This document shows positions 20,988 to 31,761 of a DNA stretch of 49,817 bases, piece by piece. Position 1 is the stretch's first letter; every line of letters starts with the position of its first letter. The stretch is from positions 1-49,817 of the forward strand of contig NJBH01000030.1 in the NCBI GenBank assembly GCA_005223125.1, written 5' to 3'. Origin of the DNA: Promethearchaeota archaeon Loki_b32. GTDB taxonomy: Archaea > Asgardarchaeota > Lokiarchaeia > Sigyniarchaeales > SOKP01. Position numbers and translations under genes: made by a program. Below the pieces are notes generated by a model that searched no databases, was not told where the DNA came from, and saw only the letters and a program-made list of their open reading frames with translations.

Positions 20988-22508
20988 ATGGAGACTTATG
21001 ACATTATAGTTATTGGAAGTGGAGTAGGATTAAGTGTTTTAAACGTTGGAATTCAAATGGGAATGAAATGTGCTCTTGTAGAAAATACTAAAATGGGGGG
21101 TACGTGTTTAACGAGAGGTTGTATTCCATCAAAAGTATTGGTCTATCCCTCTGATTTAATTCGAGAATCACAGCATGCTAAAAAGGTTGGAATAAAATTC
21201 AATGTAGAAAATATTGATTGGGACTTAATTGCTGAAAGAATGTGGTCACAAATCGATGAGAGTAAAATGATGGATAAAGGACTTTCAACTGTTCCAAATT
21301 TAAAGGTGTACAAGGGTGTTGGAGAATTTGTTGGAGATTATGAGATGATCGTGAGAGACACTAAAAACGGTAAAGAAATAGGACATTTTAAAGGTGAGCG
21401 ATTTGTAATTGCATCGGGTGCAAGGTCTTTCATACCTCCTATTCATGGAATTGAAGATGTAGACTATATTACAAATGAAAACTTTTTTGGGGATAAATTT
21501 CCGAAAAGTCCGTGGAAAAGTCTTATAATTATTGGTGGTGGAGTCATTGCAGCAGAATTTGCCCATATCTTCTCAGCAATGGGTACTGAGGTGACAATTG
21601 TAGAGATGCTTCCACGGTTGGTTATAACTGAAGAACCCGAAATCAGCCAACTATTAGAAAAAAGCTTCAGTAAGCATATGACTGTATTATTAGATGAAAA
21701 AGCCATCAAAGTATATGAGAAGAAAAAACAAAAAGTAGTTTTATTAAAAAATACACAAACTGGTAAAGAAAAGGAAATAGCAGCAGAAGAAATTCTTATA
21801 GCAGCAGGTCGTCGTTCAAATGCTGATTTACTAAAAGTTGAAAATACAGGAGTTGAAACAGACGAAAGAGATTGGATAAAATCTAATGAATACTTAGAGA
21901 CAAGTAAGAAAAATATTTGGTGTATTGGTGATGCCAATGGTCTTTATCAATTTAGACATAAGGCAAATTATGAAGCAGAAATTTGTACAAATAATATATT
22001 TGGTCCTGAGGATCAAAAAAGATCTGTTGAATATTCGGCAGTCCCATGGGCAATCTTTACATACCCACAAATAGGCCATGTTGGAATGACTCAAGCAGAA
22101 GCTATTGAAAAGGGACATGAGATATATGTTGCAATAAAAAATTATTCCACAATAGCAAAGGGTTTTGCAATGGGCTACGAAACAGGTGAAGAAGATGATG
22201 GTTTTGTAAAATTAATTGTTGATAAATCATATAGAATATTAGGTGCTCATGTTATTGGACCTCATGCAGCTCTTTTAGTCCAACCTTTTGTATATTTGAT
22301 GAATTCGGGTTTTACATGTTCCTTACCTGAACTTAGGGAGGAGAAAGATATTCCTAATGTACAAAGAGCATGTCCTGAGGCAGGTTCATTTATGCCTATT
22401 TATCATTCAATGGTGATTCATCCTTCTCTCAATGAGGTAACAGGTTGGGCAATTGGTAATTTGAAGCCAATTAATATTAAAATGAGCCATCATGAACATC
22501 ACTCATGA
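20988..22508 (+). CDS. Pyridine nucleotide-disulfide oxidoreductase (dihydrolipoamide dehydrogenase/mycothione reductase-like)
   Basis: GGTCLTRGCIPSK, IIGGGVIAAE, IGDANG, HPSLNE. Confidence 0.9.
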   Translation: METYDIIVIGSGVGLSVLNVGIQMGMKCALVENTKMGGTCLTRGCIPSKVLVYPSDLIRESQHAKKVGIKFNVENIDWDLIAERMWSQIDESKMMDKGLSTVPNLKVYKGVGEFVGDYEMIVRDTKNGKEIGHFKGERFVIASGARSFIPPIHGIEDVDYITNENFFGDKFPKSPWKSLIIIGGGVIAAEFAHIFSAMGTEVTIVEMLPRLVITEEPEISQLLEKSFSKHMTVLLDEKAIKVYEKKKQKVVLLKNTQTGKEKEIAAEEILIAAGRRSNADLLKVENTGVETDERDWIKSNEYLETSKKNIWCIGDANGLYQFRHKANYEAEICTNNIFGPEDQKRSVEYSAVPWAIFTYPQIGHVGMTQAEAIEKGHEIYVAIKNYSTIAKGFAMGYETGEEDDGFVKLIVDKSYRILGAHVIGPHAALLVQPFVYLMNSGFTCSLPELREEKDIPNVQRACPEAGSFMPIYHSMVIHPSLNEVTGWAIGNLKPINIKMSHHEHHS

Positions 22509-22615
22509 AAAAAGCAATAGATCAGTATAATGGAAAAATATGGGTAGAAGATAGAATGAAAGGGGATTATTCTAAAGGAAGCAATTTTATTCTATTAATT
22601 CCAGAGGGAATTTAA
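22505..22615 (+). pseudogene. 3' remnant of a histidine kinase ATPase domain
   Basis: MKKAIDQYNGKIWVEDRMKGDYSKGSNFILLIPEGI*; 23/36 aa identical to the end of the kinase at 20791-20901. Confidence 0.8.
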
Positions 22616-22686
22616 GAAAAATTTATACTAACATTAATAGGTATAACCATCAACTATTTAGATTCTTAATCCAATATTAAGATTAG

Positions 22687-24651
22687 ATGGTAATAAAAAA
22701 CTTTAAATCTAAAAACGATAATAGAATTGGGCAAATCTTTACTCCAAGTTATATTGCTAAATTTATGGTAAATAACATCTTGAATTTTATCGAATTTAGC
22801 GGAAAAAAGCCACAAACTTTAAGTGCCTTAGAGCCTTCGGCAGGAGAAGGTATTTTTTTAAAATTTCTCTTAAAAAATAACTTATTAGAGATAACAGCCT
22901 ATGAAATGGATATCAACTTGAAAGAAAAACTTTTGAAGTCTTATCCTAACGTGCAATTTAGATTTGAAAATTTCTTGGGTTCAGATCCAAATAAAAAGTT
23001 CGATCTTATAATTGGAAATCCACCATACTTGGGTCAAAATTATAATGCTGAAGTTTTTCAGGAATATGTAAGAGAGTTTCCTTTTTGTGCTAAATACTTT
23101 GTAGGTAATATGGATCTATTCTATTTTTTCATTCACTTAGGGATTGAAAAATTAAATCCCGGTGGATTTCTTTCTTTTATTACAACTAATTATTGGATTA
23201 CAAAATCTAAGAAAACTGGAATAAAATTATTAAAGCCTCATGTGTTAGAAGAGTGTTTTTTGGTTCAATATATAGATATATCACATTTGAAGGTATTTGA
23301 GGGAGCTAAAGGTCAACATAATAGCATTGTTGTTATACAAAAAAAAACTGAGCAAGAAAAAATTCAAAAAGTAAATAAAAAAATTGAAATAATTCATTTA
23401 TTTGGCACTAATCGTTATAATCAAAAAGATAAATCATTTAATGAGGAAATTTTTAAAATCTTAGCTCGTAAAGGGAATTCAAGCTATATAAATAGATATA
23501 CATCAGCATTAACTAATAATGATTTAAGAAAAGATGAAAGTTGGAATCTTATTTATCCAAAGGCCGTTCAGGCCATTGTTAATAAAATTGAAAATTTCTG
23601 TAAGATTGAAGGAAAAACTACATTATTAAAAGATTATTTTGTAATTCGCAACGGGTTAATTCTTATTAAGGATTCTATCTTTATTTTGAGTGAAGAAAAA
23701 CAAATAAAAATTAAGGATAACGATTTTTTTATCCATGTTGATGGGGATTATCTTAAACTCACTGAACTTGAGAAAACTCGGCTTAAAAAAATATATAAGA
23801 GTAAATCAATTAAGCCTTATGGGTATGACCAAAATGATTATGTAGGATATGTAATTTATTTTAATAAAGATGAATTTAAACCACAAACTTCTCTTAAAAG
23901 GAATGATTTACTTAGAAAGAAATACCCAAATTTAGCAAAATATTTGCAGCAATATGAAGAAGAATTACGCGAAATCTTAATAAATGCCAAGGAAAATCCA
24001 GATGATTTTTATTTTCCAAGAAGAGGGTCTTTTATCCGTCAATTTGAAGCTGAAGATAAAGAAAATCTAATTGATCTTGAACCATTATATGATAAAGCCG
24101 AAAAAATCTTCTTTAAATTTATCTCAAAAGAAAACATTTTTGGGTATTCTAATATCTCATATTATGCTACATCTGACACATATTTCCTTTGGCCAAAAGT
24201 ATTTGATAAAAAAATCGACTATTTATTTATCCTTGCGTATTTAAATTCCAAACTTGTTTATTTCCTGTTTAAAGGGAAAAATATTTCAATAAAAAGAAGC
24301 AAAACTAAGCTCGAACAAGGGTTACCAATACCCAATATAATTAATTTCGAAAAAAAAGAAAAGAAACCTATTATGGAATTAATAAAAATGCTTACTTACT
24401 ATTTAGTTAAAATATCTGATGATGGTTTTAATAAAAATATAGAAATCTTTATTGAAAAAATACTCACGTCAGATTATTATATTTCCATCAAAGATGAAGC
24501 GTTGAAAGAAAAAGTCCTGAATTTTTTAATGAAAAATGATAGTAAAAGCATACAAAAAGCAATAGATCAACTAATATTTCAGCTTTTTGACTTAGATGAA
24601 GATGTAATAAACAAATTATTAAAAGAATATTATGATCTTCAATTAAACTAA
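22687..24651 (+). CDS. N6-adenine DNA methyltransferase (TaqI/Eco57I-like, with target recognition domain)
   Basis: GQIFTP, LEPSAGEG (motif I), IGNPPY (motif IV), DLFYFFI, LAYLNSKL. Confidence 0.9.
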   Translation: MVIKNFKSKNDNRIGQIFTPSYIAKFMVNNILNFIEFSGKKPQTLSALEPSAGEGIFLKFLLKNNLLEITAYEMDINLKEKLLKSYPNVQFRFENFLGSDPNKKFDLIIGNPPYLGQNYNAEVFQEYVREFPFCAKYFVGNMDLFYFFIHLGIEKLNPGGFLSFITTNYWITKSKKTGIKLLKPHVLEECFLVQYIDISHLKVFEGAKGQHNSIVVIQKKTEQEKIQKVNKKIEIIHLFGTNRYNQKDKSFNEEIFKILARKGNSSYINRYTSALTNNDLRKDESWNLIYPKAVQAIVNKIENFCKIEGKTTLLKDYFVIRNGLILIKDSIFILSEEKQIKIKDNDFFIHVDGDYLKLTELEKTRLKKIYKSKSIKPYGYDQNDYVGYVIYFNKDEFKPQTSLKRNDLLRKKYPNLAKYLQQYEEELREILINAKENPDDFYFPRRGSFIRQFEAEDKENLIDLEPLYDKAEKIFFKFISKENIFGYSNISYYATSDTYFLWPKVFDKKIDYLFILAYLNSKLVYFLFKGKNISIKRSKTKLEQGLPIPNIINFEKKEKKPIMELIKMLTYYLVKISDDGFNKNIEIFIEKILTSDYYISIKDEALKEKVLNFLMKNDSKSIQKAIDQLIFQLFDLDEDVINKLLKEYYDLQLN

Positions 24652-24703
24652 TAACTCATGCTTTTCTCCTTTATTTTTAAGAATCGATAAGTTTTCTTGA
24701 ATC

Positions 24704-25588
24704 TTAGGGATAGTTATAAAATTTATACTCAATTTTAAAATTAGCATTGCTTAGAAAAGAAGGAATTCTATTTATATTATTCATCCTAATGTACAACTCT
24801 TTTAATGATATAAAATCTCTAATGGATTCTGGTAATGTCGTAATGTAATTATTATCTAACGACAGAAATTCTAAAGATTGGAGTTTAGTTAAGGATTCAG
24901 GAAAATTTGTAAATTCATTATAATCTAAATAAAGAGTCTTTAATGATGTTAGTGTGGAAAATTCTTCTTCGATATATTTTATCTGATTAAATTCTAAACT
25001 CAAAGATTCTAAATTTACAAAGTTATAAAGTGAATCAGGGATTGTATTCAGCCCTTCCCCTTGTAAAAGGACATGGCGAATGTTGTTAATATCTTCAGAA
25101 TTGGATTTCTCTATTAATTCATTTAATCCAATAATAACTTGCGACCTACTATCTGAATAAAGATTTTGATTTCCATTAAAATACATTAATCTTATAGGAT
25201 GTAGTTTTTGTTTAGTTCCATGAGCTTGGATTTTTTCTTGAAAGTCTTTAAGATATATCTTTCGCTCCATCTCATCGTCTTCCATGACCCAGCAACCTTC
25301 TTCGGCAGAAAACTGCGTGTTATTTAATATTTCTTGACGTAAAGACTCTAAAACTTTAATACCAGTGATTAATATCAAATAACCAATGACAAAATAAGAA
25401 GCTCTTCGAAAAGAACGATTTTCCACCATCTTTAATAGTACACTAAAGTTTTTTTCGAGATTTTCCTTAGTTAACACTCGCTCATCAAAAAGAAAATCCC
25501 TAGAATCAATGGCACACGCATCTAACATGAAATCTAGAAGGTCTATCTCCTCATCGTCATCTAATATTTGTGCGCTACTTCTTGCCAT
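24704..25588 (-). CDS. Leucine-rich repeat protein
   Basis: Repeated LxxLxLxxNxI/F..P units in the C-terminal half. Confidence 0.85.
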   Translation of the reverse strand: MARSSAQILDDDEEIDLLDFMLDACAIDSRDFLFDERVLTKENLEKNFSVLLKMVENRSFRRASYFVIGYLILITGIKVLESLRQEILNNTQFSAEEGCWVMEDDEMERKIYLKDFQEKIQAHGTKQKLHPIRLMYFNGNQNLYSDSRSQVIIGLNELIEKSNSEDINNIRHVLLQGEGLNTIPDSLYNFVNLESLSLEFNQIKYIEEEFSTLTSLKTLYLDYNEFTNFPESLTKLQSLEFLSLDNNYITTLPESIRDFISLKELYIRMNNINRIPSFLSNANFKIEYKFYNYP

Positions 25589-25665
25589 TGTATTTAAAAA
25601 AAAATAATTAATTATTAATATTATACAAATTTACAAATATAATCTTTAAGAGTCCCTTTAATTTC

Positions 25666-26469
25666 TTAAACTAAATCTCCAATAAACCCTGACGAAGATT
25701 GAATCTTGGCTCGTTCGTATGAAGTACCAAATAACTTGTGAATTTTTTCATTAATACGAACAGTTCTTTGCCATGGTTTTAACTTTTGAAAACCTGAACC
25801 AAAACCCCAACCAATATCTTCCAATAAACTGAGTGCGTCAGTACTGCTCTCAATCGAAAACCATGCAAGAGGTCTTAAATATAACTCAAGATTTAAATTT
25901 GCAAGAAACATACTCGTCTTTTCCCTAACGAAATTCAATAAAGATTGGACGTAACTTAACCCTATATGATCCGCTAATGGCTTATAAGAACTATACATAA
26001 AACTATGCCCAGAATCAATATGAGCTATACCTATACTGATTAATGTTGTGATAATTTTAATTTTATCTCCAATTAGTTCAGCTTGAATTTCAGAAAATTT
26101 CCTACCTTGATGAGTATCTTTTATCCTATCAGAAAGTGCCGATATACTCATATCAAAATAGTCAGCAAGCTTATAAAGTTCAAATCCATGCGATACTAAA
26201 TGATCAAAAGTTCTAACAAACTCCTTTGTACCATGTCCTCCTCTCTCTTCTGCAACATGGAGTCCTGCGGCTCCAGATGCTACATTATACCCTGTAGGAC
26301 GAAGTGTTCCTAATGTATTCATATAAAAATCTTCAAGTTGTTCAATAATCTTTTTATCTTGACTATAAGAATCTGATATGAACATAATTTCTATTATTTC
26401 AAGTTTAAATGTATCAATTATAGCATTCACTCCGGCCTTTCCGCCTCCGGCGTTATCATAAGTAAGACA
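25666..26469 (-). pseudogene. Probable 5'-truncated GIY-YIG-like endonuclease with HTH-like repeats
   Basis: F.LEIIE...LEDFYM..LGTL.PTGYN resembles the C-terminal half of GIY-YIG domains; a stop at 26470-26472 comes before any GIY/YIG motif. Confidence 0.45.
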
Positions 26470-26700
26470 TTAAGAAATTAAAATCTAAGTTTAAAGTAAG
26501 ATGATGAAAGTAATTAAGTCTTCATATATGTCTCCGAAATTTAGAAATTCGAAATAACTCTTTAAAAAGACTTATATGTGTAAAAGTAAAAAATATGTTT
26601 AGCGAATTTAAAGATATTAAAGCATATATAATTGATTTTGATTTATCATTTTAAGATCCTTAAGTTATCAAATTTTCCCAAAAAAATTCCTACCCTAGCA

Positions 26701-26749
26701 GAAAAGTTTTTATTTACAAATTCCCATATGTAAAGTATAGGTTGACATA
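26701..26749 (+). promoter_or_regulatory. BRE/TATA-like promoter followed by inverted repeat TATGTAAA-N7-TTGACATA (candidate operator)
   Basis: GAAAAG TTTTTATT at 26701-26714; 7/8 inverted repeat at 26727-26749 upstream of hsp20. Confidence 0.5.
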
Positions 26750-26784
26750 AATTGATCCTTTAAAAATCTAAGGTGAGAAATGAA

Positions 26785-27390
26785 TTGGATGATTTTGATG
26801 ATATTATTGATGAAATTAAAAGATATTTTAAATTAGATTCAGATATTTTTGATGTTGATTTCTTATTTATTCCAGAATCCAAAAATGATTTAGATTTAAA
26901 ACCTGAAAATAAGAATGTAAAGGGATTTAAGGTATCATATCATTTTGAGTCAGGGATGGAAAAACCTGAAATAAAGATTGAAGGAAATATTGAACAGAAT
27001 AGAATTCGAGAACTTATAAAGGATGTAGATATTTCAAGATATCCTACACTAAAAAAGATGTTTGAACCAAGACCTTTAAAAGAATTAAATGCTAAAACGT
27101 TGTCTTTAGAATATCCCGTACAAGATGATGATTTATACATTTTAGAACCCCATACAGAAATAAATGATTATAATGAATATTCCGAAATAGTTCTTGAAAT
27201 TCCTGGAATGAGTGAAGAAAATGTGATAATTGATTTCAGTGAAGGAGGGAATAAATTAATATTTAATGCTGAGAATGCGAATCGAAGATTTAAGAAAAGT
27301 ATTCATTTACCTTTCGCATCTTCACCTAACGACATTGAAATGGAAGTTAAAAATGGCTTGGCGATTATTATAGCAAAAAAAATGGAATAG
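26785..27390 (+). CDS. hsp20: Small heat shock protein (Hsp20/alpha-crystallin)
   Basis: EPHTEI..LEIPGM..KNGLAII alpha-crystallin core; TTG 26785 lies 8 nt after the SD GGTGA (ORF track starts at GTG 26773). Confidence 0.85.
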   Translation: MDDFDDIIDEIKRYFKLDSDIFDVDFLFIPESKNDLDLKPENKNVKGFKVSYHFESGMEKPEIKIEGNIEQNRIRELIKDVDISRYPTLKKMFEPRPLKELNAKTLSLEYPVQDDDLYILEPHTEINDYNEYSEIVLEIPGMSEENVIIDFSEGGNKLIFNAENANRRFKKSIHLPFASSPNDIEMEVKNGLAIIIAKKME

Positions 27391-27465
27391 AAAAAAAATT
27401 ATTATTGAATTTTATAGTTTTAATTGAATTATTGAGCAAAATTAAATAAAAAGTGTGAAAAAAGA

Positions 27466-29691
27466 ATGAGTGGAATAACTCGAGAATATGAGGGAAATGG
27501 AAAAAAAGTAAGGATTAAAGATGCATATAAAGGAGATGCTGGTAGAGGTAGGATAAGAATTGATCCTGATGTTATCAATGAACTCAACCTTAGAACTGGC
27601 GATGTAATTGAAATCTCCCATAATATAGCAGGGAAGAAAACTGCCGCATTATTATATCCTGGGAAATTAGAAGATAAAGGTACAAACACAATTAGAATAG
27701 ATTCTTCATTGAGAAGGAATATTGGTGCTTCATTAGATGATATAGTAGAAATCCGTAAAATTGAAGCAAGTTTAGCTGATAGAATAACATTTGCAGGGAT
27801 AGAAGAATCAGTTATTATAAGGAGATCTGATCAATTAGTAAGAATGTTAGAAAATCGTGTTATTACAAAAGGAGATATTCTAAGTTTTAATGCGATGGGT
27901 CGTAGGATTGATTTTATAGTAATAGATTATTCTCCTAGAGCTGCTGCTGTTAGGATTCATTTAGATACTAAAATTACGATTTCAGAGAAAACTCATAAAG
28001 AACTTGAAGAATTAGAGGCAAGAAGAGTTACTTATGAGGATATTGGAGGATTAGAAGAGGAAATCCAAAAAATACGTGAAATGATTGAATTACCAATAAG
28101 GCATCCAGAATTATTTAAAAGAATTGGGATTGATCCTCCTAAGGGGGTTTTATTGCATGGACCACCGGGGACAGGAAAAACCTTACTAGCTAGAGCTGTT
28201 GCATATGAAACTGAGGCACATTTCATAACCATAAGTGGACCTGAAATCATGAGTAAATTTTACGGTCAGAGTGAAGAAAATCTCCGTAAAGTGTTTGAAG
28301 AAGCAAAAGAAATGGCTCCTTCAATAATATTTATAGATGAATTAGATTCAATAGCTCCTAAACGGGGTGAAGTAACTGGTGAAGTTGAAAGAAGGGTAGT
28401 TGCTCAACTACTTTCTTTATTAGACGGTTTAGAAGGAAGGGGAGAAACCATTGTTATTGGAGCAACAAATAGGGTAAATGATATAGATCCCGCGCTCAGA
28501 CGTCCTGGAAGATTTGACCGAGAAATAGAGATTGGTGTACCCGATACTGATGGTAGATATGAGGTTTTATTAATTCATACGCGTGGTATGCCTCTCTATA
28601 ATGATGTTGATCTTCGTCTTATGGCTGAGAAAACGCATGGGTTTGTCGGAGCAGATGTAGAAGCATTAGCAAAAGAAGCTGCAATGTTAGCAATAAGAGA
28701 GTTATTGCCGAAAATTGATCTTGATAAACCCATCCCTCCTGAGGTTTTACTTGATCTTCAACTCAAAATGAAAAATTTTGAAACAGCTTTAAAAAGTATT
28801 GAACCATCAGCTTTAAGGGAAGTATTAATTACTCAACCTACTGAAACTTGGGAAGATATCGGTGGGTTGAAAGAAGCTATACAGCAATTAAGAGAAGTAA
28901 TTGAATGGCCATTAAAATATCCCGAATTATATAATTACTTAAATTCAAAACCACCCAACGGAATTCTTCTATTTGGGCCACCAGGATCTGGAAAAACATT
29001 ATTAGCTAAAGCCCTAGCTCATGAAACTGAAATTAATTTTATTTCGGTAAAAGGTCCTGAGTTTTTATCTAAATGGGTCGGTGAAAGTGAAAAGGCGGTA
29101 AGAGAAACCTTTCGAAAAGCAAGGGCTGCAGCTCCTTGTATTATTTTCTTTGATGAAATTGATGCCATTGCTGGAATGCGAGGTAGATTTGCTAGCTCTC
29201 AAGTAACTGAACAAGTTGTTTCACAACTACTAACTGAAATGGATGGCTTAGAGGGATTAAAGGATGTCATCTTACTTGCTGCTACCAATAGGCCAGATAT
29301 GCTTGATCCTGCATTATTACGATCGGGTAGATTTGGTAGACATATTGAAATTCCTATGCCAGATAAAGATGCCCGGGTTGAAATCTTTAAAATTCATCTT
29401 CAAAATAAGCCTTTAGCTAATAATGTAAACATAGATCAAATGGAGCAAGATCTAGAAGGCTATACTGGAGCCGATATTCAAGCAATCTGTGAAGAAGCTA
29501 CTCTCTTGACAATTCGAAAAGCAATTATAGACACAAATATAAATACTCAAAATGCTGATTCTATTAAGGCGGTAAAAATTTCAAAAGAAGAATTTGATGA
29601 ATCAATCGAAAAGATATTAAAATCTGCAGATAAAGCTAAAAAATCTCAAGAAGTATATGCAAAAGAACCTTCAGAAGATTTGTATAGGTAA
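27466..29691 (+). CDS. cdc48: CDC48/VCP-family AAA+ ATPase
   Basis: N-domain, two AAA modules ([16 protein letters not shown], Walker B, RPGRFDRE) and C-terminal HbYX motif LYR. Confidence 0.97.
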   Translation: MSGITREYEGNGKKVRIKDAYKGDAGRGRIRIDPDVINELNLRTGDVIEISHNIAGKKTAALLYPGKLEDKGTNTIRIDSSLRRNIGASLDDIVEIRKIEASLADRITFAGIEESVIIRRSDQLVRMLENRVITKGDILSFNAMGRRIDFIVIDYSPRAAAVRIHLDTKITISEKTHKELEELEARRVTYEDIGGLEEEIQKIREMIELPIRHPELFKRIGIDPPKGVLLHGPPGTGKTLLARAVAYETEAHFITISGPEIMSKFYGQSEENLRKVFEEAKEMAPSIIFIDELDSIAPKRGEVTGEVERRVVAQLLSLLDGLEGRGETIVIGATNRVNDIDPALRRPGRFDREIEIGVPDTDGRYEVLLIHTRGMPLYNDVDLRLMAEKTHGFVGADVEALAKEAAMLAIRELLPKIDLDKPIPPEVLLDLQLKMKNFETALKSIEPSALREVLITQPTETWEDIGGLKEAIQQLREVIEWPLKYPELYNYLNSKPPNGILLFGPPGSGKTLLAKALAHETEINFISVKGPEFLSKWVGESEKAVRETFRKARAAAPCIIFFDEIDAIAGMRGRFASSQVTEQVVSQLLTEMDGLEGLKDVILLAATNRPDMLDPALLRSGRFGRHIEIPMPDKDARVEIFKIHLQNKPLANNVNIDQMEQDLEGYTGADIQAICEEATLLTIRKAIIDTNINTQNADSIKAVKISKEEFDESIEKILKSADKAKKSQEVYAKEPSEDLYR

Positions 29692-29743
29692 AATTTAACC
29701 AAAAATTTATAGAATTAATGATCAAAAATGAGGCGTAATTAGA

Positions 29744-30529
29744 ATGGAATTGGAAGAACAAGAAGGAAAAGATGCCTTTCTTAATATTAATAATTTACTT
29801 GAAATATTAGGAAATCCTACGAGAAGGATTATTCTATCTAAATTAGCTAAGGTTCCACTAGGTGCATCGGAATTAGCAACTTCATTTGGGAAAAAAATTT
29901 CAAGACAAGCGATTCATAGTCAACTTAAAATGCTTTCTGTTGCAGGGATAATTGAAAGTTTCGGTAATGATCCGAGAAATATTAAATATCGAATTAATAG
30001 TAATCTATCTTTAAGAATTGACATCACTCCAGATTATTATAAGATTAATTTTAAAGTGACTAAAATTAATGATCCTAGAGATAATTTCTCACTAAAAGAC
30101 ATAGGATGCCATATAGACTATCAAAAAATAAAAACCCCTGAAAAGAAACTCAGATTTTTAGGAGAAAAAATAAAAGAAATTGAAGAAAACACCATAATTT
30201 TAGAAGCAAAAAGAAATACCTTGTTGCACAATAAGGAGTGTTTTATAATCGAACTCAAAAACATAATGAGAGATCAGTATGAGGAAGATCTTCAAACCAA
30301 AGAGCAACCCAATTTGGAAAAAGAGATTTTTTATACGTTGTTTTACAATCCTACAAAATATTTTAAAAGAATAAATATCGATAAATTATTAGATGATATG
30401 TTCTTCTCAGAAATGGGGCCTATTAGAAGAGATCAACATAAGGTTTCTATAAGACATTTACTTAGAGATTTATCAAATTTGATGGATTTCTTTCGAGAAG
30501 ATGAAGATGCTTGGTTTTTCGATATTTAA
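29744..30529 (+). CDS. ArsR-type wHTH regulator with coiled coil (HSR1/Phr-like heat-shock regulator candidate)
   Basis: LGNPTRRIILSKL..SELA..ISRQAIHSQLKML; operonic with hsp20-cdc48. Confidence 0.8.
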   Translation: MELEEQEGKDAFLNINNLLEILGNPTRRIILSKLAKVPLGASELATSFGKKISRQAIHSQLKMLSVAGIIESFGNDPRNIKYRINSNLSLRIDITPDYYKINFKVTKINDPRDNFSLKDIGCHIDYQKIKTPEKKLRFLGEKIKEIEENTIILEAKRNTLLHNKECFIIELKNIMRDQYEEDLQTKEQPNLEKEIFYTLFYNPTKYFKRINIDKLLDDMFFSEMGPIRRDQHKVSIRHLLRDLSNLMDFFREDEDAWFFDI

Positions 30530-30573
30530 GTTAATAGTTTATGAAATAGTATAGTAAGAATATTGGGTGAAAA

Positions 30574-31074
30574 ATGAATCTACAAGAATTAAAAAAGGAA
30601 ATGCCTGTAATATTTGATCAGGTTAAAAAAAATGTAAGAAAAGTGTATGGGCGCCACAGGGCTGGTTTAAATCTTGGACTTATTGAGATGGGTATGTATA
30701 GAGGAGGCTTTATTGGTGGAATGCATTTTCACCCTGGTACAGATATAGTCATGAATAAAACACCACTTAAAATTATATTGAGAGAACAACCTGATGAGAT
30801 CGTCTGGGCTTATACATATCATATTCTTTTACATGAATATATTCATTCACTGGGAGTTTTAGATGAACAACAATGTAGACTTATTACGCTTAGAATAAGT
30901 GAGAAAATTTTTAAAGATGTGGACCATCCTACAATAATCCTGGCAAAAAATGGTATTGGGACTTATTTTCCAAATTTACCTTTAATATATGCTCCACAAG
31001 ATCTTAAGCCTGATGGAAAATCAATTGAATATATCTATAATTTTGATCATGAGAGTTATGATTATTACTCATAA
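30574..31074 (+). CDS. Conserved archaeal HExxH metallopeptidase-like protein
   Basis: HILLHEYIHSLG; RAGLNLGL. Confidence 0.75.
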   Translation: MNLQELKKEMPVIFDQVKKNVRKVYGRHRAGLNLGLIEMGMYRGGFIGGMHFHPGTDIVMNKTPLKIILREQPDEIVWAYTYHILLHEYIHSLGVLDEQQCRLITLRISEKIFKDVDHPTIILAKNGIGTYFPNLPLIYAPQDLKPDGKSIEYIYNFDHESYDYYS

Positions 31075-31130
31075 CAAAATCAATAATCTAATAAGAAAAG
31101 GAGTTTAAATTAACGTTTTAAGCATATATT

Positions 31131-31511
31131 TCATGAATGTAGTAGCTTCCCCGCATCCAAACACTTATTGAGAGTTGTAATTAACCTTTGGTGTGTAAAA
31201 GGTTTATCCAAGAATCCCATTGCTCCATTTGAATAAACTTCATCTTTAATTGTTTTATCAGCACTAGCAAAAATAACTCTTGAATTGTGATCAATCTGTA
31301 ATATTTCTTTTAAAGCATCCAAACCATTTTTTATTGGCATTCTATAATCTAAAATAATTATATCTGGTTTTTCAGCGAAAGATCTAAACATTTTTATTGC
31401 TTCCTCTCCATTATTAGCAATACTTAACACTTGAAATCCAGACATTCCTAATAGGAGTTCATACAATCTTTGAAGATCTCTATCATCTTCTGCTATAAAG
31501 ATGGTTTTTAT
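31131..31511 (-). CDS. Single-domain response regulator (CheY-like); probable ATA start at 31511
   Basis: IFIAEDD (upstream of the TTG at 31466), PDIIILDYRMP..NG, SA, KPF. Confidence 0.9.
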   Translation of the reverse strand: MKTIFIAEDDRDLQRLYELLLGMSGFQVLSIANNGEEAIKMFRSFAEKPDIIILDYRMPIKNGLDALKEILQIDHNSRVIFASADKTIKDEVYSNGAMGFLDKPFTHQRLITTLNKCLDAGKLLHS

Positions 31512-31761
31512 TCTTACATCACCTTCGATGTACTTAGCCCCGCTTATACACTAATTATTTTAGATAAATCTAAAATACAAATTTTCACTTACTAATTATA
31601 CAAAACTATTACAGAAATTATAGTATATATGCTTTAACTTTTAAAAGTGAAATCATAATTTAGATTATAAAAAACTTGTTATCAAAAACTATTATCGAAA
31701 ATTTCTTTTGTATGTTAAATTTACATGATCTTAGTACCCTTATAGAAATCAAGAAAAGTGG

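Noticed and set aside
22305-22400. Cys-containing insertion in the disulfide oxidoreductase as another intron
   Set aside because: It is in frame, stop-free and protein-like. There is some pairing but no 4-bp helix with two 3-nt bulges.
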